Source of the DNA: Candidatus Cloacimonadota bacterium
Lineage (GTDB): Bacteria > Muiribacteriota > UBA6191
NCBI GenBank assembly: GCA_023954715.1
Contig: JAGSHD010000006.1
Span: 132,515-196,514 of the forward strand
DNA length: 64,000 nucleotides
Direction of reading: 5' to 3'
Positions 9,964 to 20,049 of this stretch are shown piece by piece (the stretch's first letter is position 1; every line of letters starts with the position of its first letter). The notes under the pieces were generated by a model that had not been told where the DNA came from, ran no database searches, and was given only the letters and a program-made list of their open reading frames with translations. The translations under genes and the position numbers were made by a program.

Positions 9964-10827
9964 TTAGATCTTTTTTCTAATTAACTCAAAAAAGTCTTGA
10001 GGAAATATTTCAGCAATTTTAAGGGGATTCTTTGCAGATCTAATGATAACTTCGTCTCTCTCATCTAAACGATAGCCCACTTGTCCATCAACCGTCAAAA
10101 TCACATTGGTCTGAACATAGCTGTTTGCTTGGTGTAACCTAATTTTTAACTCGTCTTGTTTGCTAAAAATCATAGGACGAGCATTAAATTTATGAGTACA
10201 TATAGGTGACATTAACAATACATCAAATCCTGGACGCACAATAGGCCCTCCAGCAGAAAGAGAGTATCCCGTTGATCCTGTGGGAGTACTGATTAGTATT
10301 CCATCTCCAGGATATTCTTCTACATAGATATCGTTAACAAAAAGCTGAAAATCTACAATTCTGGATAGAGAACCCACCTTTAAGACAGCGTCATTTAAGC
10401 CATAAAACGAGGTAATTCGCTTACCCTCTCTTAATATACTAGCTTGAATCATCAGTCGTTTTTGTTCGGTGTACTCGCCATGAACGACTCTTTCTAGCCC
10501 TTCTATCATGTTTTCTTCATTTAACTGGGTCAAAAAACCTTTAGTACCGCGATGAATCCCAATCAATACAGTATCATATTGTGCACAGTATCTAGAGGCT
10601 CGCAAGATGGAGCCATCTCCACCAATAACTATAAGAAAGTCACTTTGTTTAGTTAATGGAGCAATGGACATATAGTTCACTTGAAAACTATCATCCAAAC
10701 GAGAACGTGACTCGATTGCGTATTCAAAACCCTTTTCATTGAGCCAATCTACGACTTTTATACAGGTTTCACTTGATTTACTATTTTTAGAATAAAAAAC
10801 TATGCCAAATTTCATCTTGTCTGCCAA
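9964..10827 (-). CDS. nadK: NAD+ kinase
   Basis: GGDGSILRA and DGILISTPTGSTGYSLSAGGPIV motifs. Confidence 0.92.
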   Translation of the reverse strand: MADKMKFGIVFYSKNSKSSETCIKVVDWLNEKGFEYAIESRSRLDDSFQVNYMSIAPLTKQSDFLIVIGGDGSILRASRYCAQYDTVLIGIHRGTKGFLTQLNEENMIEGLERVVHGEYTEQKRLMIQASILREGKRITSFYGLNDAVLKVGSLSRIVDFQLFVNDIYVEEYPGDGILISTPTGSTGYSLSAGGPIVRPGFDVLLMSPICTHKFNARPMIFSKQDELKIRLHQANSYVQTNVILTVDGQVGYRLDERDEVIIRSAKNPLKIAEIFPQDFFELIRKKI

Positions 10828-10828
10828 T

Positions 10829-11944
10829 TTATTTAGACGAACCCTTTAGTTTACGTTTCATCTTCAACTGTTTCATAAACTCACGAAGTTTATGACTTCC
10901 GCCTTCTTTTATAATCTTTAGTTTGTATTGAACCAAATTATAATAAGGACTATCTTTTGAGTTTAAATCATTATAGTACTTTTTAGCTAATTTATGATTT
11001 CCATTTTTATAAAAATACTCTGCAAGCCAATACGAGTTACCCGAGTCTTTGATTCCTGAGTCTGCTATTTTAATACGAAAGTCTACTTCTTTCTTTTCTT
11101 CTTTTAAACGTCGGTACATATCAATTAAATATAAAAACTCTTCATTTGATACTTTTTCTAATTTCTCTAGAACGGATGCAGCCTCTTTGAATTTACCTTT
11201 TTTTGCTAAATTCAATGCAGATAAATATGGCTTGAGAGACTCTTTTTGTATTGTTGCAGTTTGATAAATTGAGCTATTTACTTCTTGGCCTTTTATCGTT
11301 ACTTCACCCAAGAAACTAAAATCCATTTGTCTTGTACTAAGTTTTAACTCTTTTACACTGGCTAAAGAGAACCCTGCTAAACTACCTTTACGTGCTTCAA
11401 AAACTCTAGCTTGTGTTTGTAGGGTTTCTAGAGCTTTATAGGCTGCGTAAGCTCTCTTTGCAAAACTCTTAATCTCTACGACAGCTTCACCTGTAGTAAT
11501 CTTCGAAGTCTCTATAGCTACTGGTTTTGGCTCTAACTGAGTCTTTTTCTTTTTTTTGGGGCGTTTAGCAAGCATTTCTTTCATCTTGCCTAATGCCCGC
11601 TCTGACTTACTCAGAGAAAAACATCTTTGATAGGATAGATATGCATTTTTATACTTTTTTAAACGCTCAAAAATTAATCCTTGCAAAAACCAAGGTTCAG
11701 GGTCATAAGGCGCCTCAGCCATATGATATCTCAATTTTTGCAAGGATTCTTTATAATAGCCCTTTTGATAGTCTTTTTTTGCCCAAATCATTATTGAACT
11801 CAGATTGAGTTCTCCAACTCGTGAAATACCAGAGTTTATTCGTGCTCTGGTCTTTGACAAGTTCGGATGAGGATCTGAAGCATAGCATATTACTGCTACA
11901 CTACTCATTATAACTACAAATATAAATCTTGATAGTTTCATCAA
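10829..11944 (-). CDS. Secreted TPR-repeat protein with poly-lysine linker
   Basis: Signal peptide. TPR-like helices. KRPKKKKKTQLEPKP segment. Confidence 0.6.
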   Translation of the reverse strand: MMKLSRFIFVVIMSSVAVICYASDPHPNLSKTRARINSGISRVGELNLSSIMIWAKKDYQKGYYKESLQKLRYHMAEAPYDPEPWFLQGLIFERLKKYKNAYLSYQRCFSLSKSERALGKMKEMLAKRPKKKKKTQLEPKPVAIETSKITTGEAVVEIKSFAKRAYAAYKALETLQTQARVFEARKGSLAGFSLASVKELKLSTRQMDFSFLGEVTIKGQEVNSSIYQTATIQKESLKPYLSALNLAKKGKFKEAASVLEKLEKVSNEEFLYLIDMYRRLKEEKKEVDFRIKIADSGIKDSGNSYWLAEYFYKNGNHKLAKKYYNDLNSKDSPYYNLVQYKLKIIKEGGSHKLREFMKQLKMKRKLKGSSK

Positions 11945-12044
11945 GCTCTCCCAAAAAGAGTGCTCATAAAACCAACTAGAACTAAAGTAATCATAGTTTC
12001 AAGTTTTGAAATGGACAAAATAGAACTAAGAACTAGCAATTGAA

Positions 12045-12374
12045 CTAAGCTAAACTATTGTCAATTTTTTGCTTAAGCTCATCTTTACCCAAAGCTCCAA
12101 CCATTGTCTTGATAGCTTCGCCATCTTTGAAAAGGATCATACTTGGGATAGACCGAACTTTAAACTTTTGAGCTAATTTTGGGTTTTCTTCTACATTTGC
12201 TTTGTAAATTTTTAAAGATTCACCGTATTCAGAAGACAACTCTTCTAAAACTGGTAGCATCATTTTACAAGGCCCACACCATTCAGCCCAAAAATCAACC
12301 AATACTGGTGAGCTTGAGTTATCTATTGTTTCATCAAAATTATCTTGTGTTACTACGCCTACTGAATCTGACAT
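12045..12374 (-). CDS. trxA: Thioredoxin
   Basis: WAEWCGPCKMM active site. Confidence 0.95.
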   Translation of the reverse strand: MSDSVGVVTQDNFDETIDNSSSPVLVDFWAEWCGPCKMMLPVLEELSSEYGESLKIYKANVEENPKLAQKFKVRSIPSMILFKDGEAIKTMVGALGKDELKQKIDNSLA

Positions 12375-12383
12375 ATTATCTCC

Positions 12384-12944
12384 TTATGTTTTCCAACTTT
12401 TTGTAAGTTTAATATCTAAGCCAACTGTGCTCAACACCCTACCTACAACAAAATCTACTAAATTATCTATTGTTTGCGGATTATGGTAAAAACCAGGTGA
12501 AGCAGGGAATATAATAGCCCCCATCTCAGAAATCCTCAACATATTTTCTAAGTGTACTGTACTAAATGGTGCTTCACGCACCAATAAAAGCATTTTCCTT
12601 CGCTCTTTGAAGGCAATATCTCCAACACGGGTTAAAAGGTTATCACCGATGCCGTGTCTTATCTGACCCATGGTTTTCATAGAACATGGAGCTACTATAT
12701 AAGCATCAAAATGATTGGAACCACTTGCCAATGGTGATAGAAAGTTTTTATATTTATGAACCGTGATATGATCAAATTGTTTGAGTAAATCACCCAAGTC
12801 AATATCTAGCTCCTCTTTGAATACTAAATGAGCACTGGGTGAGGCTACCACGTCAAGATTACAATGCCCTTGGGAAGCCTCCATAATTCGTTTTGCATAA
12901 ACAGCACCCGACGCTCCCGTTATTCCAAGAACAATACGTTTCAT
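12384..12944 (-). CDS. ubiX: Flavin prenyltransferase UbiX/Pad1
   Basis: MKRIVLGITGASGAVYA N-terminus. Flavoprotein fold motifs. Confidence 0.88.
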   Translation of the reverse strand: MKRIVLGITGASGAVYAKRIMEASQGHCNLDVVASPSAHLVFKEELDIDLGDLLKQFDHITVHKYKNFLSPLASGSNHFDAYIVAPCSMKTMGQIRHGIGDNLLTRVGDIAFKERRKMLLLVREAPFSTVHLENMLRISEMGAIIFPASPGFYHNPQTIDNLVDFVVGRVLSTVGLDIKLTKSWKT

Positions 12945-13792
12945 AAAAACACCTCACAAATAACGCCTACCATAAATAATAAGCTAATGGTGGAGTTTAG
13001 CTTAAAAAAAGCTAATGATATATTTTTTTGATAACCTTTATGTACTAAACGATGTTCATAGACAAGTAAGGCACTAATAATCGCAATTGTAATCTGAAAA
13101 TAAACTCCTAAACCATATAAATGGCCAGCTGCATAAAAACAAAATGGTACTACCATATGCAACAAAGAAGCTATTTTTAAAGAGTTTGCCTTTCCGAATT
13201 TGGATGGGATGGAATGCAATGAATGTTCTTTGTCAAAATCTTCATCTTGAATAGCATAAATAATATCAAAGCCATTCACCCAAAACAATATACCCAAACC
13301 AATCAATGCAGGAACTATATCTAATTCATTTCTTACTGCTACCCATGCTCCTACTGGTGCAATCGCAAGTACCAATCCTAAAACTGTATGGGCAAATACA
13401 GTAAACTTTTTACATAGAGGGTATAAAACCATGATGAACAAAGAAATGGGTACCAATTTGAAAGCTAAAGGATTTAAGTAATAGCAGCTAAGGCCAAAGA
13501 TAAGACAAAACATTAGGAGGTATGGTAGTAACTCTTTGGTTCCAAGTTTTCCACTGGCCATCAAACGATGTTCTGTTCGAGGGTTTTTAGCATCTATATC
13601 TTTATCAATCCAGCGATTCATGGCCATTCCAAAAGACCTAGCACTCATAAAAGCTATTATAATCAGCAAAGATGTTTTAGCCCCAGGAAACCCATTGGCA
13701 GCCAAAAACATAGAGGACATAGTAAAAGGAAGGGCAAACAATGCATGCTGCAGCTTTACTAATTGTATGATTTGAGAAAACTTATCTTTCAT
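12941..13792 (-). CDS. UbiA-family aromatic prenyltransferase
   Basis: Polytopic membrane protein. NRWIDKDIDAKNPRT Asp-rich motif. 4-nt overlap with ubiX. Confidence 0.8.
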   Translation of the reverse strand: MKDKFSQIIQLVKLQHALFALPFTMSSMFLAANGFPGAKTSLLIIIAFMSARSFGMAMNRWIDKDIDAKNPRTEHRLMASGKLGTKELLPYLLMFCLIFGLSCYYLNPLAFKLVPISLFIMVLYPLCKKFTVFAHTVLGLVLAIAPVGAWVAVRNELDIVPALIGLGILFWVNGFDIIYAIQDEDFDKEHSLHSIPSKFGKANSLKIASLLHMVVPFCFYAAGHLYGLGVYFQITIAIISALLVYEHRLVHKGYQKNISLAFFKLNSTISLLFMVGVICEVFL

Positions 13793-13804
13793 TTCAGTCC
13801 TATA

Positions 13805-14572
13805 TTAACAATCATACTCTATATGATCATCGTCTTTTGCTTTTTCTTCTTCCGCTGCTTTCTTTTTATCAAAAAACCATAATAACTGAATGGATATCTC
13901 ATACAAGAAAATCATCGGTATGGCTACCATGACTTGCGTAATAATATCTGGTGGAGTGATGATAGCAGCAAAAACAAACATTGAAACAAAAACATGTTTT
14001 CTAAATTTGATTAAGTGCTCTCTTTGCAGCAATCCAATAAAATACAATAAAAGAATAAAAATTGGTAATTCAAATACGATTCCAAAAACCAATAATAGAG
14101 TAAAACAAAAGGATACGTATTTCTCAATGGATATTGTAGAAGAAACATCAGCAAATTGAAAACTGAGTAAAAACTCCAAGCCAAATGGAATTACAAAGAA
14201 GAAGGCTAATGACACACCAGAAATAAACAGGGCAATCATAAAAGGAGTTGATAGATACAAAAACCTTTTTTCTGTATCCTCTAATGCTGGACCAATAAAT
14301 CTCCAAAATTGGATCAACGTATTTGGAAAACTAATTACTATTCCACCCAGTAGACCTAACTTTAGCTGTGTGAAAAATCCTTCTGTTGGTGAGATCATGA
14401 TAAACTTAATCTTACCATCTGATATCTTTATAAACTCTTGTAGAATGACTTCGGAGTATCCCATACAGATTACTGTACCAACAAACACTCCAGCTATGAT
14501 CCATATAAACATGGTTCGCAATTCGTCTAAGTGCGAAATCAAACTCATTTGAGCTACATCTGCTTCTTCCAT
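13805..14572 (-). CDS. tatC: Twin-arginine translocase subunit TatC
   Basis: LISHLDELRTMF N-terminus, six TM helices, typical TatC length. Confidence 0.85.
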   Translation of the reverse strand: MEEADVAQMSLISHLDELRTMFIWIIAGVFVGTVICMGYSEVILQEFIKISDGKIKFIMISPTEGFFTQLKLGLLGGIVISFPNTLIQFWRFIGPALEDTEKRFLYLSTPFMIALFISGVSLAFFFVIPFGLEFLLSFQFADVSSTISIEKYVSFCFTLLLVFGIVFELPIFILLLYFIGLLQREHLIKFRKHVFVSMFVFAAIITPPDIITQVMVAIPMIFLYEISIQLLWFFDKKKAAEEEKAKDDDHIEYDC

Positions 14573-14594
14573 CTCTTCTCTTTTTTTTAAGTGA

Positions 14595-16424
14595 TTATAA
14601 TTTGGACACCGTACTCATACCATCTAATAAATTCAAATGGTGTATCTCTTTTAGACTTCGATAATAAAGATACTTGTCGGGTATATTTCCAAATATGTTA
14701 TCTACCATGTGGTTTTTGATATTGTAATCAAAGCGACAAGAAAACTTTTCTGGCATGGCACTACGTTTTAACTCTTCTACTGCCAAGTTGCCCAAAATAA
14801 AGACTTCTTCGCATCCCTGTTTTTTCAGTCCTTTTCGAGCATACACCGCAGCTTGAATCAAAAGATTCTCTTTAGTTAAAATCACTTCATTCCACAAAGA
14901 AACTAGAGATAAAGAGGAATGCTCATTGGCTTTTTTAAGACTAGATGTAACGATAATTGGCTTGTCTGCTACGATGGTTCCACGACCTGTAAAATAACCG
15001 CCAATCTCTACACCTTCTTTAAAATACCAAATACCATTCAATTGAAAAGGCACCTCTTTAGTCCCTAACAACACCTCTTTTTTTGTGTACCTTTCATTAG
15101 CTATTTGCATGCCAAATTCTTCAAAACGTTTTAAATTTTGAATATCATATTTTTGCTTATAACGCTTGGGATACTCTAAACGAGTATTGATGGTGTACTG
15201 CTCAGGAGGAACATCTTCTGGCTCAGCAATACCATATTGTGAAGGATATATTTTTCGATACTTTTTATAGATTAAACCTTCATAATGAGTATATACAGAC
15301 ATGTATGGATCATGCAGTCTATTATCATGAAATAAATAACCAACTTCAGGTAGATCTCTCCAACTCCCAGCTTCTGCAAAATAGTTTATAATATCATCTG
15401 CCGCAAAAAATGGCATATCAATATCTAATCTACCATTGGTACGTATTCGTCCCCAGTTTCTTGGATTTAATGACAAAATGATGTTATCAACTGCTTCAGA
15501 GATATTATCATCAGAAGTTTGAGATGATAATTGTGAAATAATCTCTATAGAGTCTTTGGTCCCTTTTGAATTAAAAACATCAGTAAATGCATTGTTTAAA
15601 GAGTCTAATATATTAAGTGTTTTGTTTTTATCTTCACCGATTTCAAAACCCAAGGTATCCTTAATTTGCTGTGATATTTGAAAAATCAACTTTACAATTA
15701 GTGGCGGTAGAGTGAGATTAGATAGCTCGAATTTACCTCGTTGAATTTTCTCTTTTTTAGTAGAGTGGATAAATAGAGTATGATCTGGTGCGGGCGGAGT
15801 AATATCTGTTACCTGTAAAGTCTTCACAAGCTCTACACAATTTTTAACCGATCCCCATTCACCACAAGACGTAAAACGCAATCTTGCACTGATACCCCCT
15901 AAAGGCTCTAAAGCAGTAATATCTCTTGCATTTCTTGGTTTTTGATGGACTTTTAGATTTTCTGGAATTTTCTCTTGGTAATCGATAAAGGTACTAAACT
16001 CATTAGAAGCTACTTCAACTACCTCAACTAAGACGGTGACTTTGCCATTTTCTTCGAGCTCATCTTCACGAAATGTCATCACTCGTTGATAGTTTTCTGC
16101 TCTTGTAATCTCAATTAAATCATAAAGTGAATTGTTTATTTCAAAGTCTAACTCGCCCGTTTTATTTTTTTCTGAATAAACTAACTCATTTAGAAACTCT
16201 TGCTTAATCTTATAGATTGACTTCTCTAAGCCACTTTCTGCAAGATATCTAGCTCGCAATCTAGACTCTGTTTTTCGTATTACAGACACCTGCTGTCGAG
16301 TCATATAAACAAAAGAAACCCCTAAAATAAACAAAACTGAAATAATACCAAATACAACAAACAAACTTGTACCCTTTTGGGTAGAAACAAGTCGTCTATT
16401 ATTGGCTAAATGGCTTTTATTCAT
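14595..16424 (-). CDS. Hypothetical membrane-anchored protein (609 aa), first gene of hyp-tatC-ubiA-ubiX-trxA run
   Basis: N-terminal TM segment FVVFGIISVLFILGVSFVY. No recognisable domain. 22-nt gap to tatC. Confidence 0.55.
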   Translation of the reverse strand: MNKSHLANNRRLVSTQKGTSLFVVFGIISVLFILGVSFVYMTRQQVSVIRKTESRLRARYLAESGLEKSIYKIKQEFLNELVYSEKNKTGELDFEINNSLYDLIEITRAENYQRVMTFREDELEENGKVTVLVEVVEVASNEFSTFIDYQEKIPENLKVHQKPRNARDITALEPLGGISARLRFTSCGEWGSVKNCVELVKTLQVTDITPPAPDHTLFIHSTKKEKIQRGKFELSNLTLPPLIVKLIFQISQQIKDTLGFEIGEDKNKTLNILDSLNNAFTDVFNSKGTKDSIEIISQLSSQTSDDNISEAVDNIILSLNPRNWGRIRTNGRLDIDMPFFAADDIINYFAEAGSWRDLPEVGYLFHDNRLHDPYMSVYTHYEGLIYKKYRKIYPSQYGIAEPEDVPPEQYTINTRLEYPKRYKQKYDIQNLKRFEEFGMQIANERYTKKEVLLGTKEVPFQLNGIWYFKEGVEIGGYFTGRGTIVADKPIIVTSSLKKANEHSSLSLVSLWNEVILTKENLLIQAAVYARKGLKKQGCEEVFILGNLAVEELKRSAMPEKFSCRFDYNIKNHMVDNIFGNIPDKYLYYRSLKEIHHLNLLDGMSTVSKL

Positions 16425-16541
16425 AATTGATCTATTTTTAGTTAAGAAAATACATTCATCAGTATATCGTATTAGAATAATATTATCTAAAGAATCTTAA
16501 TGTAAACCAAGCTATTTAGACGATTCATTCACATTTTTTGC

Positions 16542-16578
16542 AAAAAAAAATACCCTTGAATCGTTCAAGGGTATTTTT
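16542..16578. terminator. Bidirectional rho-independent terminator downstream of pilQ
   Basis: A9 run, stem TACCCTTGAA / TTCAAGGGTA with 3-nt loop, T5 run. Confidence 0.75.
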
Positions 16579-16596
16579 GTTTAGACCGGTATTATC

Positions 16597-18063
16597 TTAG
16601 AGTCCACCAAAGTCATCTCCAAAATCATCTCCAAAGTCGTCTCCACCAGTTGGATCTTCGTTATCCAATCCACCAGAACTTGTTGATGGTTTGTCCACAC
16701 TAGGATTAAATGATCCAGAGTTTGGTATTCCTCCGCCATTATCAGCTACTAGCTCACCAAAGTCAGTTGTTGCTATACTTTGTTTGACAATTTTAGGTGT
16801 GATTAAAATTACGATTTCTTTAGAACTTGGTTTAATATTTCTACTTGTAAACAAGTGTTTAATAAATGGTAGGTTAGATAAAAACGGAATCTTAGTTTCT
16901 GTTTTTGATTCTGATTCTTCTACAATTCCACCTACTAAGATTTCTTCGTTATCATGTACTTGAAGAGTTGTCTTTAAAGAAGTCTTATCTACAGTTAAGT
17001 TACTACCCTGTAAGTTACCTGTTGATTTTTCTAAATCTAACTCTAATACTAAAAATCCATCGTTATTAATCTGTGGAACAACATTTAAGATTGTACCCAC
17101 ATCTTTTGATTGTGAAGGAGAATCTGCACCTGTTTGAAATGTAAATTCCTTACCAATGTTTAACGTAGCCTTCTGCCCATTCATAGCTATGATTCGAGGT
17201 GAAGCTAGCGTTCTATTATCAGAAGTTGTTTGTAGGGCATTAAACACAGCATTAAAGTATAAGTTTTGTCGGTAGAAATCTCCAAAGCTCATTAATGAAG
17301 CCCCTTCTGTTCCTCCACCTGCATAAGACTGACCATTTTGTAAGGTTCTTAGAGCTTCTGTATATGCTAATACTCCACCGCCACCACCGTTTCCATCAAC
17401 AGCGCCATTGGCAGCTCCGCCTGTTCCCCAATCCCATTTGAATCCTAAACTATCAGAAAAATCAGAAGATACTTCAACGATTTTCACATCTAGCATAACT
17501 TGTGGGACGGGATGATCCAGTTTAGAGATTAAATCATCTACTCTTTTGAACATATCTTCAGTAGTACTTACTACTAAGGCGTTTAATCGATCTTCCACTT
17601 GAACATTCAATTTTGCATTTGCATTTTGACCAAGAAGAGCTGTCAAAATACCTTGAATGTTTTTCGCTTTGGCATATCTCAGTGGATATGTTTTCGTTAA
17701 ACCTTCATCGAAGTTATCTGTGATTGTTTTTTTTGTAGCAATGACTAATGTGTTACCAATTTTTCTTTTGGCGTAATTATTTGTTCTAAGTAGAAGATCT
17801 AAACCTTCTTCCCACGGAACACTCTTTAAGTTCATTGTTACTGATCCCTTGATTTTTGGGTCAATAATCACATTATATTTAGTTTTTTTAATAATAGCTG
17901 ATATTGCAAGACTAATAGGAACCTTTGGAAAGTTCATACTGATTTTTGGTCCCGCATCCTGGTCACTATCAAAATCATCTGCAGCATTCACAGTATTTGA
18001 CATCAAACAAAATGTCAAAAATAATCCAGTACCAACTTTTAATATATCTCTTCTTAGTTTCAT
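16597..18063 (-). CDS. pilQ: Type IV pilus secretin PilQ
   Basis: Start set at the MKLRRDIL ATG, which has an AAGGAG RBS 8 nt upstream. Signal peptide, secretin N domains, C-terminal secretin core (NGQKATLNIG...). C-terminal GDDFGDDFGDDFGGL tail. Confidence 0.85.
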   Translation of the reverse strand: MKLRRDILKVGTGLFLTFCLMSNTVNAADDFDSDQDAGPKISMNFPKVPISLAISAIIKKTKYNVIIDPKIKGSVTMNLKSVPWEEGLDLLLRTNNYAKRKIGNTLVIATKKTITDNFDEGLTKTYPLRYAKAKNIQGILTALLGQNANAKLNVQVEDRLNALVVSTTEDMFKRVDDLISKLDHPVPQVMLDVKIVEVSSDFSDSLGFKWDWGTGGAANGAVDGNGGGGGVLAYTEALRTLQNGQSYAGGGTEGASLMSFGDFYRQNLYFNAVFNALQTTSDNRTLASPRIIAMNGQKATLNIGKEFTFQTGADSPSQSKDVGTILNVVPQINNDGFLVLELDLEKSTGNLQGSNLTVDKTSLKTTLQVHDNEEILVGGIVEESESKTETKIPFLSNLPFIKHLFTSRNIKPSSKEIVILITPKIVKQSIATTDFGELVADNGGGIPNSGSFNPSVDKPSTSSGGLDNEDPTGGDDFGDDFGDDFGGL

Positions 18064-18277
18064 AGCGCATCGCTCCTTTGATTTGCTTCTTACCAATTTC
18101 GACATTTATACAAGTTTATATAACTATTTTGACATACCAAATCTCTGCTTTTTTTTATTTTTTGTAATATTGAAAACAGCTAAAAGCCCCTATAACAAAG
18201 AACAAACAAGTCCCAACAAATACAAACAAAGAAAGAGTTAGTAAAATTAAATCTTACTAACTCTTTCTTTAAATAAA

Positions 18278-18510
18278 TGTAACTATTCAGCTATAATTTT
18301 TCAATTTGCTTACAAAAGTTGATTGCACCTAGGTTTTTGATCATTATTATATTTTGTATTTAAAGATTTTGAAGTGTAGTGGACTACTCGAAAAAAGCTT
18401 TAAAAACAAAAGATGATGATGAGATAAACCGCATACATAAAGCAAAAACTACGAAAAGCTTGTATGCTCCGTAACTTTTATCGAAGAAAACACCTGAATA
18501 ATTACAAATA
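18278..18510. repeat. Intergenic repeat element copy 1 (233 bp, MITE-like, carries ~105-bp internal insertion)
   Basis: Shares TGTAACTATTCAGCTATAATTTTTCAATTT... left module and AAGCAAAAACTACGAAAAGC...CCTGAATAATTACA right module with copies at 21983 and 29383. 13-bp TIR TGTAACTATTCAG / CTGAATAATTACA. AATAAA on both flanks. Confidence 0.7.
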
Positions 18511-18526
18511 AATTATGTATTAATTT

Positions 18527-18904
18527 TTATTGAATGATCGACGTCTCTCGTTTTGAAGCTTTTATATGAAAGAACACAACCTTATCCTCATCAATTTGAA
18601 GAACTTTATAAACCCCTGGTTTGCTATCTCCCTCTTCAATAAGAGTTTGATGCCCTTTGTAGTTTATTATGGCCACCCGTGAACCTTCAACCCCTGTTAT
18701 ACCCAGTGTTTTTATTGACAATGGTGATATAACTTTTGGGATAGGTTTAATCTCACGACGGATATGAAGATTGCAATTAGTTTTTTTAGCTTTAGGTTGA
18801 ATCAATTTTCTAAAAACATCATAATAAGGTTTTTGTACTTCTTGTGAAAATCCCATACCAATACTGGTAAACATTAACATTGATAAGATCTTTTTCATAA
18901 GCAC
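18527..18904 (-). CDS. pilP: PilP-like pilus assembly lipoprotein, paralog 2
   Basis: Signal peptide. C-terminal beta domain LGITGVEGSRVAIINYKG...GDSKPGVYKVLQIDEDKVVF. Position between pilO and pilQ. Confidence 0.65.
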   Translation of the reverse strand: MLMKKILSMLMFTSIGMGFSQEVQKPYYDVFRKLIQPKAKKTNCNLHIRREIKPIPKVISPLSIKTLGITGVEGSRVAIINYKGHQTLIEEGDSKPGVYKVLQIDEDKVVFFHIKASKRETSIIQ

Positions 18905-18915
18905 ATCCCTTTTAA

Positions 18916-19293
18916 TTATTGAATCTTAGATATCTCTCTTTTTGAAGCTTTAATATGCATAAAGACAACCTTATCTTCATCGATCTGGATCACCTTATAG
19001 ACACCGGGCTTACTATCGCCCTCTTCTACTAGATCTTGGCTACCCTTGAAGCTAATAATAGCTACTCGAGCACCTTCTTCACCAGTAATGCCTAAAATTT
19101 TGATGCCTAATGGTGGAATCGTTGGTTTTTTTGCACGAACAGTTTTTTTTCGTCTTACGGCTTTACGTTTAGCTTTCGGCTTAGGCTGAATCAACTTTCT
19201 AAAAAAATCAAAATAAGGTTTTTCTATTCCGGCAGAGTATGTACTCGTACTAGATACAGTAAACGCTATTATTAGAATTATAATTTTATACAT
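18916..19293 (-). CDS. pilP: PilP-like pilus assembly lipoprotein, paralog 1
   Basis: Near-identical C-terminal half to the adjacent paralog. Lys/Arg-rich linker. Confidence 0.65.
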   Translation of the reverse strand: MYKIIILIIAFTVSSTSTYSAGIEKPYFDFFRKLIQPKPKAKRKAVRRKKTVRAKKPTIPPLGIKILGITGEEGARVAIISFKGSQDLVEEGDSKPGVYKVIQIDEDKVVFMHIKASKREISKIQ

Positions 19294-19378
19294 TTTGACC
19301 TCGATATTTTTATTTTAGAAGATACTTATACAAGAAACAATGGAGACTTGTAGTATTTTTTATTATTTAAGATATTAA

Positions 19379-20047
19379 TTAGTTTTCGTATTGAGTGATT
19401 TTTCCACGATCTACCATGATGATCTTTCCTTCAAACTGTGCTCTCATTTTTGGAAAAGTAGTGCTACCAGAATATGCTGGACTCGGTATCTTTTTACCAG
19501 CTAAATCTTTTAGAGTTACTTTTTTTGTAATCAACTTACTCAATCTTGGAAGCTTATATCCTCTTCCTCCACCGCCACCTAATCTCAATCCAGAGTCCGC
19601 AAAATTTAAAATCTTTCTACTTTCTACTCTAGTAAAGAAATCATACAACTGAAAGTAGGTTCCAGATATACTAAACTCTAATGGGATCTCAATAAATTTA
19701 GAACGAGTTAAGCGAGGATTAATCCGGATCGTTTTCAACTCTATTCCTGAATCCTGTGCATCATTTTCTACGTCATTCAAAAATTTACCAACATCTCTAC
19801 CTTTTCCTTTTTCTTTTAGAAAAGTTACGATTTCAGCTCGAACATCCTTAATTTGCTTTTCGATTTTTTTAAGACTTCGCTTTAATTTCTTACCTTTAGA
19901 TCGCTGACTCTTTAGTTTTCTCATTTCAGTATCAACAGCTTGAATCTGCTCGTCTAATGGCTGTTTATATTCCAAAATCCAAACACCTGCTGTAACAATT
20001 GAAATCAGCACCATTCCAAATACATAACTAACTACTTTTACAATCAT
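19379..20047 (-). CDS. pilO: Type IV pilus assembly protein PilO
   Basis: Single N-terminal TM, coiled coil, position after pilN. Confidence 0.7.
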   Translation of the reverse strand: MIVKVVSYVFGMVLISIVTAGVWILEYKQPLDEQIQAVDTEMRKLKSQRSKGKKLKRSLKKIEKQIKDVRAEIVTFLKEKGKGRDVGKFLNDVENDAQDSGIELKTIRINPRLTRSKFIEIPLEFSISGTYFQLYDFFTRVESRKILNFADSGLRLGGGGGRGYKLPRLSKLITKKVTLKDLAGKKIPSPAYSGSTTFPKMRAQFEGKIIMVDRGKITQYEN

Positions 20048-20049
20048 TT

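Noticed and set aside
18064-18105. Longer pilQ start (MSKLVRSKSKERCA)
   Set aside because: The downstream ATG has an AAGGAG RBS and begins a normal signal peptide.
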